NCBI RefSeq assembly: GCF_018350175.1
Contig: NC_058368.1
Span: 203,114,001 to 203,178,000, forward strand
Source: Felis catus
Taxonomy: Eukaryota
Reading direction: 5' to 3'
DNA: 64,000 nt
Part shown: positions 25,081 through 38,180 of the stretch, piece by piece
How positions within the stretch are numbered: position 1 is the first letter of the stretch
How the letters are laid out: the number at the start of each line of letters is the position of its first letter
Position numbers and translations under genes: made by a program
Notes under the pieces: model-generated
Told to the model about the DNA's origin: nothing
The model's database searches: none
What the model saw: only the letters and a program-made list of their open reading frames with translations

Positions 25081-26737
25081 TGGAAAAAGATTCCATGCTC
25101 CTGGATAAGAAGAACAAATATTGTTAAAATGTCACTACTACCCAAAGCAATCTACATATTCAAAGCAATCCCTATCAAAATAACACAAGCATTCTTCAGA
25201 GAGCTAGAACAGACAATCCTAAAATTTGTATGGAACCAGAAAAGACCACGAATGGCCAAAGCAATCTTGAAAAAGAAAACCAAAGCTGGAGGCATCACAA
25301 TCCCAGACATCAAGCTATACTACAAAGCTGTAAAAATCAAGAGAGTATGGTACTGGCACAAGAACAGACACTCAGATCAATGGAACAGAATAGAGAACCC
25401 AGAAATGGACCCACAAACATATGGCCAACTAATCTTTGACAAAGCAGGAAAGAATATCTGATGGAATAAAGACAGTCTCTTCAGCAAGTGGTGCTAGGAA
25501 AACTGGACAGTAACATGCAGAAAAATAAACCTGGACCAATTTCTTACACCCTACACAAAAATAAACTCAAAATGGATGAAAAGCCTAAATGTAAGACAGG
25601 AAGCCATCAAAATCCTCGAGGAGAAAGCAGGCAAAAACCTCTTTGATCTTGGCTGCAGCAACTTCTTACTCAACAGGTCTCCGGAGGCAAGGGAAACAGA
25701 AACAAAAATGAACTACTAGGACCTCATCAAAATAAAAATCTTCTGCATAGTGAAGGAAACAATCAGCAAAACTAAAAGGCAACTGACAGAATGGGAGAAG
25801 ATATTTGCAAATGACATATCAGATAAAGGGTTAGTATCTAAAATCTATAAAGAACTTATTAAACTCAACACCCAAAAAACAAATAATCCAGTGAAGAAAT
25901 GGGCAAAAGACATGAATAGACACTTCTCCAAAGAAGACATTCAGATGGCCAACCGACACATGAAAATCTGCTCAACATCACTCATCAGCAGGGAAATACA
26001 AATCAAAGCCACAATGAGATACCAACTCACACCAGTCAGAATGGCTAACATTAACAACTCAGGCAACAACATACATCGGCAAGGATGTGGAGAAGGAGGA
26101 TGTCTTTTGCACTGCTGGTGGGAATGTAAGCTGGTGCAGACACTCTGGAAAACAGTATGGAGGTTCCTCAAAAAACTAAAAATAGAACTACCCTATGACC
26201 CAGCAATTGCACTACTAGGTATTTATCCAAGGGATACAGGTGTCCTGTTTCGAAGGGACACATGCACCCCCATGTTTATAGTAGCACTATCAACAATAGC
26301 CGAAGTATGGAAAGAGCCCAAATGTCCATCGATGGATGAATGAATAAAGAAAGCTTATGGAGTATTACTCGGCAGTCAAAAAGAATGAAATCTTGCCAAT
26401 TGCAACTACGTGGATGGAACTAGAGGGTATTATGCTAAGCAAAATTAGAGAAAGGCAAATATCATATGACTTCACTTATATGAGGACTTTAAGACACAGA
26501 ACAGATGAACATAAGGGAAGGAAAGCAAAAATAATATAAAAACAAGGAGGGGGACAAAACAGAAGAGACTCATAAATATGGAGAACAAACAGAGGGATAC
26601 TGGGGGATTATGTGAGGGGAGATAGGCTAAATGGGTAAGGCACATTAAGGAATCTTCTCCTGAAATCAGTGTTGCACTATATGCTAACTAATTTGGATGT
26701 AAATTTTAAAAATTAAATAAATAAATAAATAAATAGG
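24035..26737 (+). mobile_element. 5'-truncated felid/carnivore L1 (ORF2 RT to C-terminus plus 3'UTR), disabled
   Basis: ORF fragments [29 protein letters not shown] (FADD motif mutated) and [12 protein letters not shown]; multiple stops and frameshifts; (TAAA)n tail; 13-bp TSD taaatattttaga (24022-24034, 26738-26750). Confidence 0.97.
25039..25078. repeat. (CA)n microsatellite inside L1 ORF2
   Basis: Expansion at gaagacacaaa. Confidence 0.95.
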
Positions 26738-26935
26738 TAAATATTTTAGAGTTTGTGGGCCATACAGCCTCTGTTGCTACTATTCAATTTTGTTTCAGTG
26801 CAAAAGCCACCACAAATAAATGGGAGTGGCTATATTCTAATACAACTTATTGACAAAAATCAAGTGACAGGCTTGATTCAGTGGTTCCAGTAGTAGTTTA
26901 CTGGTCCCACACATAAATAATTAAAAATCATCTTG

Positions 26936-27128
26936 GGGGCACCTGGGTGGCTCAGTTGGTTAAGTGTCTGACTCTTGGTTTGTGGGTTTGTGGGTCTGAG
27001 CCCTGCATGGGCTCTACACTGACAATGCAGAGCCTGCTTGGGATTCTCTCTCTCCCTCCCTCTCTGACCCTCCCCTGCTGATGTGCTCACACTCTCTGTC
27101 TTTCAAAATAAATAAATAAACTTAAAAT
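26936..27128 (+). mobile_element. Can-SINE with internal deletion
   Basis: TSD attaaaaatcatcttg. Confidence 0.95.
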
Positions 27129-27342
27129 TAAAAATCATCTTGTAGATGTAAAGATCCCCTAAAATTAAATCATGCTATAAGCAGTAGGAAAGAAGTTCAA
27201 AAATAAAGATTTTTCTTCAATAACAATGAAAGTGAGTGCAGTACTGACTCATTTTCTTACAGTGCTCTTTACACACATTTTTTCTTGTGAATAGAAAAAT
27301 CTGACCAAGCTGTAAATACTTCAACATTTTAAAATGTATTCT

Positions 27343-27560
27343 TTTTTAAATTTTATTTGTTTATTTTGAAAGAGAGAGAGAGAGAGAGAGAGTGTGTGTG
27401 TGTGTGTGTGTGAGCACAAGCACGGGAGGGGCAGAGAGAGAAAGGGAGAGAGAGAGTCCCAAGCAAGCCCCATGTTGTCAGTACAGGGGCTCAAACTCAC
27501 AAACCATGAGATCATAACCTGAGCCAAATGCTTAACCAACTGAGCCACGCAGATGCCCCT
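27343..27560 (-). mobile_element. Can-SINE with (GA)n(GT)n
   Basis: TSD aatgtattctt. Confidence 0.93.
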
Positions 27561-28359
27561 CAATGTATTCTTAACAAATGTCAGTTTATTTGTCAAGGAA
27601 GAAGTAGAGGAGGTTAATGCTATAACAACTTCCTGTTCAGCACAGAAAAAGATTGTAACATCAACATTCAATATTCATCAACATCCTAAATGCATATTGA
27701 ACAAATGAGATTCTTCAGAAACACTGGGTAACAGGTAAAGTAATAATAAAATGAAAGAAAGTCTATTTCAAGGCCCTGGAAGTGAAAGTAAACATCACAG
27801 AGCTGTGCTTTAGCCTCTCTGTTGTGTGTTCAGTCCACACATTCACCCACTGCTGTACTCCAAGGAACGAAGTGGAGGGAGTTGGCACGGAGAGATGAGA
27901 TCAAATATGATAAATTTGAATTTGTGTTTTCATGGCTTGGAGCAAATTGGAAGAAACAGTTATTTCACTCTGCTTCTCATCTCAAGCATTAACAAGACTC
28001 AAGGGCCTGCTGGAGATACCCATTACTCTCCTTTCAACTGGTGTTTCATTTAGTAATAAATAGCAAAAAGTATTTCCCTTTGAAGAAAAGAGCTTTAAGT
28101 GAGAGTATGAAGATAAAGGCAATTGTCTTAAATAAACTCTAGTGAAGATTTTTTCCAAACACCAGTTGAATGACAACCCTGAAGGAGTGAGCAATCTATT
28201 TTTTGGTATCCTACAAGATAAAACACACAAGATAATAGTAAGATAATATTGCACAGATTATTTATATTAAAACAGCTTGATTTGAAGTTAACATGTCCTC
28301 CTTGAGCCTAAAAAAAAAGAGCTAAATAGTCCCATCACTTACATGATTATAATGGTTAA

Positions 28360-28720
28360 ATTCATTGAATCAACACAAATTTACTCAATACCTACTACGC
28401 GTGGGTACTGCCCCAGGTGCTAGGCGAAAACATGTGTCCTGCATTCACAGTTTAATCCAAAATTAGATGACCAAAGAGAGAATGCCTATAAAAGAAATGA
28501 GTATTTTGTTGGACTGTAATTTCAAGTGTGCAAATTGTCTAATTGTGTAGAGAGACAAGGGAAGTGATGGGAGAAGGCAAGTGACCTCAGACTGAGGAAC
28601 AACTTGTGCAAAGGCCTGAGGTTTCCCTAAAATGTCAAGTCATGGAAAATGAGAGAAGTTTAGTATGATGGATCCAGGAAAGAAAAGGGCTGGGGAAGTG
28701 TATGGAGAACCACCATGAGT
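28360..28720 (-). mobile_element. L2 fragment
   Basis: caaatttactcaatacctactacg...ccaggtgctagg; cttgtgcaaaggcctgagg. Confidence 0.6.
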
Positions 28721-29326
28721 GGTCTCCTAGACCCTGCAGAGGAGTTAGACAATGCAGTCAAAGAGTGGTCCAATCGGGAGAAAGAAGATTAAATGAGAGG
28801 GAGGGAGACGGGTTAGAAGTTTCCAGTCTGTTTTATTTCCTGGTAAGATACAAAAAGAGACTCAAACTCAATCCTACAAAGAGCAGGAAACTAAAGCTCA
28901 AACTCTAGAATCTTACTTTTTCTTTCTGTAACATGTGTACACCAGCAAGACAGAAGACAAGACCAGCTATGTTACTGAAAGACTGGCAAATGTCTAAGAA
29001 CATAATGGTTGAATTGTGTTAAGTCCTTTTGGGTGGTACTGTTAGGACCATAAAATACAATTAAAATGTATTGTTGTATTGTTTTTATTCTATTTCTAAT
29101 GGTTTTGCAATATTTTGTTTCCTGCCTTACGGGAGCATTAACCACACAAACGTTTCATCGAGCACACCCAAATTAACCAGTCTTTCTCCTCCTCCAACTA
29201 AGACAGGCCTCATTCTCCAATGCCCCTTCTCACTAGATTAAAAACACAACAACGCAACCTACCAACCTATCGCAAGAGGAGAGGAAGACAAAAAGTTTGC
29301 AGGAAAATTAAAAATGGGGGTAGATT

Positions 29327-29552
29327 GGGGCGCCTGGGTGGCGCAGTCGGTTAAGCGTCCGACTTCAGCCAGGTCACGATCTCGCAGTCCGTGAGTTCGA
29401 GCCCCGCGTCGGGCTCTGGGCTGATGGCTCAGAGCCTGGAGCCTGTTTCCGATTCTGTGTCTCCCTCTCTCTCTGCCCCTCCCCCATTCATGCTCTGTCT
29501 CTCTCTGTCCCAAAAATAAATAAACGTTGAAAAAAAAAATTAAAAAAAAAAA
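29327..29552 (+). mobile_element. Young cat-type Can-SINE
   Basis: Near-consensus with CpGs intact; perfect TSD taaaaatgggggtagatt (29309-29326, 29553-29570). Confidence 0.98.
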
Positions 29553-29859
29553 TAAAAATGGGGGTAGATTATAAAAATAAAAATTTTTAATTGTTTTTCA
29601 GATCATTGTGTGAGTTTATTTATTTGTTTTTTAATTTGGTTTGGACACTGATTAGGGAAACTCGACTTTCATACGGTTAAGTATTAATATAACAAATAAG
29701 AATTAAGAATATTTCAACCTTAGTTCTTTCCTCACCCTCAATTAAAACAATCAAGGCTGTATTTACGGATTTCATTTCACATACAGTAAGCAAAACTCTT
29801 AGCTTGTGTTACAGATCTGGGCATATTTCTCCAGCCACTTCCCATCGTTCCTGATAGGT

Positions 29860-30240
29860 TGTACACTCTTCTGGCTCAGGGTTTTGCTTTGCTCGGATCA
29901 TGTTCCTTCTCCTCCTTGAAACATTGCCCATCCTCCCCACACCTTTCACTGCATGACCGCCTTTTGGTCTTCCAACACCTAGTTTAGGTGTCTGATCTTT
30001 GGTGAATTTTCTCTGATTCTCCCTTAGTTACCACCTCTAGGGCCTCCTTGCCTTTACAATTATCATCTTTGTAATGTGGCATTTATAAGGTTGAATTATA
30101 ATTCTTTGCCTTTTTTGCTTGCACTAAACTGTGAATTTCCTGAGAACAGCGATCATGTGTGTTGGCAATTTTTATGTATACCATGTTTTGATAAAACGAC
30201 AGGCATAATAGTCTTTAAATAAATATTGAATTAAATAAGT
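29860..30240 (+). mobile_element. L2 3' fragment
   Basis: cactaaactgtgaatttcctgagaacag...aaataaatattgaatt. Confidence 0.6.
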
Positions 30241-32778
30241 CACATAAAGTACAAAGGACCTAGGAAATGAGATAACTGTTATTCAAATTATGTAGAGAGC
30301 CATTTTTCTAAATTGGTACACAGTCTTTGCCTGGCTCTGCTTTCCAGTGATTTAGAATAAGTCAAGGGAGTTAGCCCACATGGTCTCTTAACCTTTAAAT
30401 TTAAAGGCAAAATTAGAATTTTTACATATTTATAATATATGCATAACACATTCATAAACATATGTGAATATGTAAATGATAGTGAATTTCCTCTTTTAGG
30501 CAAAATTGATAAGAAGTTTTTAATCATCGCAATTAGCAATAGAAGCTCCCCAACATAAACTAAAATAATGATTAAGCAATGAATCAAAATAAAATATAAA
30601 ATGATACATTTTAACTATCCTACATCTAAGGGCTCGGTTATTAGTTTTTTCATTAGGTTTTTTTCTTTGCCTGAATTCTATCTAGCAGAAATGGGTAGCC
30701 TTAGGGCTACAGAACAGTGATAATTACTTAAGTTCTTGAATAAATTACTTACTAAGAATTTCTGTCAGCTTTGTCGTCAGAGATTTTTCCTCTTCAGTTG
30801 GCGGAGATGTGGCTATTATAGGTCCTTTGAAGACCTCTGGTGGTAAAAAGGAAGCATTGTTCACCTCCCACATCACAATTCATGAAGTTAAATTTCTCTT
30901 GATGCACTTTCTTTCTAGTCTTTAGTTTCTATTTTGCATAGGAATAGTTCACAAACTAATAAAGCTTCCCAAGATAATTACTTCTGTTCTAATAATTACT
31001 TGACTCTCAACCTTTCCAACTGTAAACTAAGCAAACAACAAAAACAACATCAGCAAGAACAAAAACCTAAGCAATTCGAGCACAGTGAGGTCGTTCTACT
31101 GATGGAGACATCTTCAAAGTATGGAATCTAGCATTTTTTTAAAAAGGCAAATCTATTCAGTATTGCTCCTGAGTATGAGTTGGACCAGAAAAAGAGCGTT
31201 TTTTAGTTCAACATAGTAATACTTTCCATCATACACAGAAAGGAATATTCCCTAGGTTGAATTTTTAAGATCTAGCTGAATAACCATTTGTCAAGCAAGC
31301 TATAAAAGGGAGCTGTACATGTAATACTGACTTCTGAGTTTTCCATCTATAATTCAGCCCACCTTTTCAAGCAAAGTCATATTAATAACTTTCCATTTAT
31401 ATAAGCCATATAGTATTATAAACTCTTTTACATGTAAATTTTGGCAAGTTCCTTTCTCAGTCTGAGACTCTGTTGTCTCCTCTGAAAATACATAGGGGGT
31501 GTGGTTGACTAAAATTCTGAGCATCAGGAGTTGGGTATAATACCATATTCATTGGGACTTGAAATAGACCTCGTTTTGAGTACCAGCTCCCATTCAATTT
31601 GTATGACCTACAGAAAGATACTTAAATTCCCTGAGGTTCAAATACGTTGCCTCCAGTATGGGAGACATCTCCTAACCCAAATACTTATTCATACTTCGGT
31701 CCCTTTGACATTAATACCTGCAAATATGGTAAACACTCTAAATGATTGGTATAAAATTATTTTCAATATATTACTGAAATTTGTCTTCCTGCAATTTTTA
31801 TCCATTAGCATAGGTAACTCTGAAAAGACAGATGTCTATTCCTTTTCTGTTTCACATCTCTTCAATTGTTTAAGAAATCGCTTATTCTTCTTCCACTAAG
31901 CTCAAATTCCTTTCACTCTCCTCATATGATATAGTTTCAAGGTTTCTTGCAGCTCTCACTCTCCTATGAGCTGCATCCCGTAGAGCTGATATAAATTTAA
32001 AATAGAGCAAATGGCAAGGTGGAAGGTTGGTAGGGTTAGTAAAAGGCTGTGAACTTCCTTCTCTAATGGGCTTAAAACTTTATCCCCCTTAAATGTTCCA
32101 GCCAAAATAAGAAAAGGAATAGGAATAGATAACTTTTAAAAATTTATTTTAGCCTCACATTACAATTGCATGAATCTTCCCCATAGAGGTCCCACTACTA
32201 CACTCAGAGTTAAAAGAAACAATTTGTGTCATAAATGAAAAATAAATGTGTAGATTCATTTCACACATTGTCAGTGGCCTGGGAAACTTCTTGTGAAATC
32301 ATTTTTAGAGAAAACTAAATTTCCCAAGGCTTTACTGATTTGGTAGTGTGCAGCAGATGAAATAGAAAAAGGTTATATTTCTTATCCTTCTGCATATAGA
32401 GTGTCTTCCTTGTGTTACAATTTTTACTAGAGAAAATCTACATTTAGTATGGATTTTTATTCCACTACTATTTATACATGAAATTTTTATCAAGTTGAAA
32501 ATTAGCTGTTAGTTTCATAATTCTGAATTGATAATACAGACAACATTGTTAGCAAATGGACAATTACAGCACACAAGCTGAAACTAGATTATAAGATGAA
32601 ATTCTAGAGAAAATATGACATAAGAAAGGGCCAGTGGTTACTTTAACAAAAAATACGTAGGCCTTCTGGGAAAGGTTCACTTTCTATACGCTGTTTCCCA
32701 GAAGTAGTCATTTGGTAGCCCATTAACGAAACATATAAAATAGATCTCCAAGAGGGCTAATTAAAAAACTCAATCAAT

Positions 32779-32978
32779 GGGGCACCTGGGTGGCTCAGTC
32801 AGTTAAGCGTCTGACTCTTGATCTCAGCTTGGGTCATGATCTCACAGTTCCTGAGACCGAGCCCCATGCTGACAGCACAGAGCTGGCTTGGGATTCTCTC
32901 TCTCTCCCTCGCCTTCTGCCCCGCCCCTGTTCCCCCACACAGGGCACACGCTCACACTCTCTCAAAATAAATTAAACT
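32779..32978 (+). mobile_element. Can-SINE
   Basis: TSD ttaaaaaactcaatcaat. Confidence 0.95.
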
Positions 32979-35073
32979 TAAAAAACTCAATCAATATAAA
33001 CATTAAAAACCTTTATTCCGGAGTAAAACCCAGCTAGCCAACAATACGGTTAGGGCTCCGTCTTGAGCACTCATTACGCGAAAGACAGCAGATACAGAGT
33101 ATAACTTGAACTGAGAAGTCAGTTCGGGAAAAACAACCTTTTTGCACTTCAGCCAACACATTTGTGATAAATACCTTATCTTGAAGATTTTCTGTGAGGG
33201 TTAAAAGAGACAACATAAGTAATATCCCCATAACATTGTAGTTACTATTCTTTGCTCCTTCTACCACCTCCCCCAAATAGAAAGTTCCCCGTGGAATTCT
33301 TTACCTTTTTCCTTTGGGTTGTTTCAAAATCTAGACCAATACTGCCAACTAAGTTTGGCTTCCTCAGTCCAGAGAGAATACCTGTCCTCCCTCTGGCTTC
33401 CTGGGTAAAGCTGGTGTAGGTGTGCTGCTTCCCAGGGCCTCAGGGATCCTTCTCTGACAGATGGCTCTGGCACTCTCAGTTACTGTGGTTATTCTTCCGC
33501 AGGGTTGGGCTCCAAGAGGGATTTTTGTGTATCACAGGGTTTCCACCATCTGGCTTTTCAGCTGTTCCTACTTTGAGGCTGTTGGTCTAGCTGTAGCTGG
33601 CCTGCTTCCAGGCCCCAGGTGCTACTCCTCGGAGAGCAGTAAGTGAGCCTCCTGGTACTAGAGAGTTTTCAGATGAACTTCTCTGCCCTAGTCTATGTGA
33701 TCTACTGTTTGCACACAGCCTCTGGGGCCATGTATCCCAAACTACATTGATTGTTAGGATCATCTGGGGATCCAACTGAAAGTGAAGATTCTCAGGATCA
33801 TCTCCTACATATCTGTCTGCAGTAGGTCAAGGGTAACCCCCAGGGTCTGGTTTTACGAACAATCATCACCTGTGAGGCCCATGACTAGCAAGTTTAACAA
33901 TCATCACTCTAGAAAATTATTTGTCGGAGGAGGTTCTGTGGAACACATACAGAAATACCAGCCAGGGAGCATGTTAAAAATCTAACTGTCTAACCACACG
34001 TATAACTATAGAAATTATGCTAGTCTTGCCAAGATGATACTCTCAGTTCCTGGAAGAATACCCTTCATAATAGTAGAAGGGAGAATGTCTAGGTAAAAGG
34101 CTATTCTAACACTCAAGGCCAGAGATAATGGTACCAGTAGTATGATGGTAAGACAGCAGTAAAAATGGGAAGAAGGGAACAGAGTTTGCTACCCTTTTAA
34201 AAAATAGACACAAAACATTCGATCTGGGTTTAAACATGTAAAATATGGGTTTTTTCCTCCTTTATATTAACATCATTGTTAGATGCCATCTTTCCTTTTC
34301 ACAATCATAGGACATATTTTACAAACAAAATTTTATTTTACTCTTTATTTTCAAAATAAAGTTATGCCCAGAATCATAAACAACAAAAAACACCGACAAC
34401 GAAAAGAAACTCTTGTCACTACAATGTGTAATATTTATAAGAACCAGTTGCTATAGACAAACATTGTAAGTATTAGGATTTGGGTAAACGCCATAAAAAA
34501 TAGACTACAAATGACAAGTCTTAGAATAATGCATGTCTCAAATTCATCTATGGGAAATAAGCATTGTTTAATAATCATAAAATGGTAAGAGTAAATATTT
34601 ATTTAAGTGGAATATATAATATCGTTCAAAAATTGCTGTCATCTAACAACTTACATTGCCTCAAAACTGACATTGGTTAAAGAATTAGAGATTTTTTTTT
34701 GTTGGAAGCAAATGTAAGGATTCAGGAATAAATATAGAAATTTTGCTATTATTATACAGATCACAATATTCAAAAGTCTGTTATTTTAACAGTTAAAGGT
34801 TTTGGTAAAAATGTTTATGTTAAGATGTTCTACCAAAACAAAGCAAAACAAAAAACCTGACTAACCTGCACACATATAACAACTATTCTTTGGGTTATGG
34901 AGAGGGATGCACCTATTAGAGTCAAATCATATTTATGGCTTCAGCTCTCAGCTTCTTGGTTTGTCTGATTATGCCTAATAAAAATGAGTCACGTTGTGTA
35001 AAGGGTGCTAACATTGCTGAAACACTGTAGATTTAAATTTATTAGACTTAAGTTTAGAAATATGTATGCCTAT

Positions 35074-35255
35074 GGGGCACCTGGGTGGCTCCCTCGGAGT
35101 TCAAGCCCCACATCGGGTTCTGTGCTGACAGCTCAGAGCCTGGGGCCTACTTTGGATTCTGTATCTTCTTCTGACTCTGCCCTCCCCTGCTCTCACTCTG
35201 TCTGCTCTCACTCTGTCTCTCTTTCTCTCCCTCTCAAAAATTAAACAAATATTGA

Positions 35256-35310
<55 letters not shown>
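35074..35310 (+). mobile_element. Can-SINE with internal deletion and (GAAA)n tail
   Basis: Head joined directly to gagttcaagcccc; (GAAA)n at ~35254-35310. Confidence 0.92.
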
Positions 35311-35311
<1 letters not shown>

Positions 35312-35488
35312 CATTTGTGCCTCATCCACTAGGTCTGCAATTCTGAGATGCTTCAGTTGAATGCAATTATTATTACCTTTATTCATTCCCCTTAATCCAA
35401 ATGACCTCCTTATCCATGGACATACCTGTTTCAGAAGCATACCTTTCCCCATTTACTCAAACTTGGGTCTCTATTAAAACAATTAGTC

Positions 35489-35735
35489 AGGGCATCTGGG
35501 TGGCTCACTTGGGTAAGTGTCCAACTTCCACTCGAGTCATGATTTTGCAGTTTGTGAGTTCTAGCCCCAGGTATGGCTCTGTGCTGACAGTTCAGAGCCT
35601 GAAGCTGCTTCAGATTTTGTGTCTCCCGCTCTCTCTCTCTCTGCCCCTCTCCTGATCACATTCTGTCTCTCTCTCTCTATCAAGAATAAATAAACATTAA
35701 AATAATAATAATCATAATCATAATCATAATAATTA
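35489..35735 (+). mobile_element. Can-SINE with (ATAATC)n tail
   Basis: Head, body and CT tract. Confidence 0.93.
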
Positions 35736-35743
35736 GAAATGGG

Positions 35744-35849
35744 GGGTGCCTGGCTGGCTCAGTCAGTACAGCATCTGAATCTTGATCTTGGGGTTGTGAG
35801 CTTGAGCCTCATGTTGGATGTAGAGATTACTTAAATAAATTTAAAAAAA
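35744..35849 (+). mobile_element. Short tRNA-like Can-SINE variant without CT tract
   Basis: ggggtgcctggctggctcagtcagta...gtagagattacttaaataaa. Confidence 0.85.
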
Positions 35850-36389
35850 CAAGTAGGTATCCAAATAAAATTAGAATAAATATTATACTACTTGAGAAGA
35901 CACAATGAAAAGCAAAATTTAAAGAAATGTAAAAATTTAAAAATAAAGGGTCATCTTTATATTGAATAATATATGATGGAGAAAAAGGTCACCTTTTAAT
36001 TAATCCTGAAATAGACACACTACATTTTCAAAGGTCACACAAAATTTCCAAAATAACCATTATCCCAATTTTCAAATGAGAAAATTAGAGTTCAGAGAAA
36101 TTAGATGTCTAGTCATGACTCACATTCTTAGTGAGGGGTAGGGCTGGAATTGGCACACAGGTCTTCTGGCTCCAAAATTATGAGATTACACTTCAGGGAA
36201 AAATTCATAGTAGGCAACAACAGACATGTTGTTGAAAAGAAAGCACATGGACTCAGAATCCCATTATTGCATATTCTACATGTGTCTTTTAACAATTTGG
36301 TGAACTTCAGGGCTTCCAACAACCTCATAATAACTTAAACATCTGCAGCCTTTTTGGTTCTCTTTTCAGTTTAACTTCATAGTATAAAC

Positions 36390-36595
36390 CAGAGCTACTC
36401 AAAACTGTCTACAATGATGTTAATATTCTATATCTGCACTCTCCATAATGGTAGCTAAGAGCCTCGTGGAACTTTTGAGAACTTGAAACGTGGCTAATAT
36501 GACTGAGGAACTGAATTTTCAATTTTATTTAATTTTAACTGATTTCTACGTAAGTTATCAAATGTGGTCAATGGCCACCATGTTGGACAGTGCTG
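36390..36595 (+). mobile_element. MER3-like hAT element
   Basis: ttctatatctgcact...acttgaaacgtggctaatatgactgaggaactgaatttt...ttggacagtgctg. Confidence 0.85.
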
Positions 36596-37199
36596 CTATA
36601 GACAACGTAGTGCTATAGCTCTGTTTCCAGACCCATTTCTTCTAATGTACCACAGGGGGAAAATAAAATGTAAAAAACAATTTTTACTTACAAGAAATAG
36701 CTGAAATCTGAAATAAGACAACCATCTCTGAAGCATAAGAATGAAGTCAAAACATAGCACCATAGCAGAACTCGAACCATGGGTCAGCCAAGCTTGGGGT
36801 CTGTAAGAAGGCATGTCAGCTGGGAATTCCCATCTAAGGAAATAAGAGAAACTAAAGTGATCCCTTCCTGCATGGGCAATTAGATAAATTTTATCATACT
36901 CAAGGTTTAGTCAGTTGTCCCAATCTGTGACCAAACTCTGCCTGAGTTAAAGCTTAGGTTAAATAAGAAAAACATAAGCAAGCAAACATAGCCTAGAGGT
37001 CAGGACATGGGTCACATTATCAATGGGCTTTGTGACTAGACTTTCCACATTTCCATTATCTCTGAGGAACAGGAGCCTTGAGTTAGAAATACAAGACCTA
37101 GTTCTGATCTGGAAATTCTGGAGAGTTTGTAAGATGGACAATAGGAAGGAAGAGATAAAAATGGATGAGACAGAAAAGCAAAAAGTCCACTCAATATAT

Positions 37200-38180
37200 G
37201 CCAATAAATAATGAATAGGCAGATAACTTACCACATTAAGGAAAAAAACTGATCAATTCACTGATAAAATGAAAACAAAGCAATCTGAAAATATCTTTTA
37301 AATAAAATATGTTTAGCATCCTCAAAGAGCACAAGGAGAGATAGCATTCATCAAAACAGAACAAGAATTTATGAAAAAAAAAAAAAACCTAAAGAAATGA
37401 TGCAAGAATGGAGAGTTTGTACAAATTAGAAATCTCCAGAAATTATCAAATAAATTCACTGAACTTGAAAATTTAAAAATGAGGCAAACTCCAATTCAAA
37501 GTATCATGAAGAGAAAATTAGTAAACTCAAAGAGGATACAGGAAAATTCATCTAAATGTAGACTGAAGAGATAACAAAATAGAAACTTTAAAAATCAAGT
37601 CAAAGACAATAGCTTGGGAAGCTCGAGCATAAATATAACAGTCATTCCAAAAAAGAAGAAATTAAGTAGAAAAAATGATATATATAAAATAATATACAAA
37701 AGGTTTTTCTAAATTAGTAAACACAACAAATTATGATTCCCAATAGTAGATACACCTTAAAAATGTGTGGGAAATTTGACAGGGAGTATTAGAAAACATT
37801 CTTTAAGAATATAACAATCAACAACTACCTTAATAAAAATGGAATTACAGGCAAAGATTATTAATAATGAGGGAATTCATATAATGAAATAATAAAAGAA
37901 CACTAGGAAAAAAATAATCATTTACATGTAAGCTCATAAAAGCATTTTTTTAATTATGTAAAGTAATAATTGCAGAATTACGAGAAATTGATAGAATTCA
38001 CAAACCTAATTGAAGATTTAAATGCATTTCTTTAATCAGGGGATAGATTAAGAGTCAATTATTAACAAAGAGGATTTAAAGAACACAATTAATAAACTCA
38101 ATTACACAGACCTACAATAGAGAATCTTATACCCCAAAAATAATCTTTTCAAGCTTGCATGAAGTATTTTCAATACTTAG
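37200..38180 (+). mobile_element. Ancient L1M ORF1/endonuclease relic
   Basis: A-rich; tttagcatcctcaaagag, attgaagatttaaatgcatttct, gaggatttaaagaacacaattaataaact. Confidence 0.6.

Larger units (their letters stand above)
23984..26911 (+). mobile_element. MER58A-like hAT element split by an L1 (pieces ~23984-24034 and 26751-26911)
   Basis: Joined halves read aactttttctg...agataataaatattttaga|gtttgtgggccatacagcctctgttgctactattcaa, which fits the recalled MER58A. Confidence 0.8.

Noticed and set aside
24120..26539. Cluster of ORFs resembling a reverse-transcriptase-based system
   Set aside because: These are broken pieces of an ordinary L1 ORF2 and their antisense shadows.
29327..29410. tRNA gene calls at SINE heads (applies to all copies)
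   Set aside because: They are tRNA-derived Can-SINE heads followed by SINE body, tail and TSD.
30798..30842. 45-nt exon-like segment (GGDVAIIGPLKTSG)
   Set aside because: Weak donor (gtaaaa), unrecognised peptide and no partner exons.
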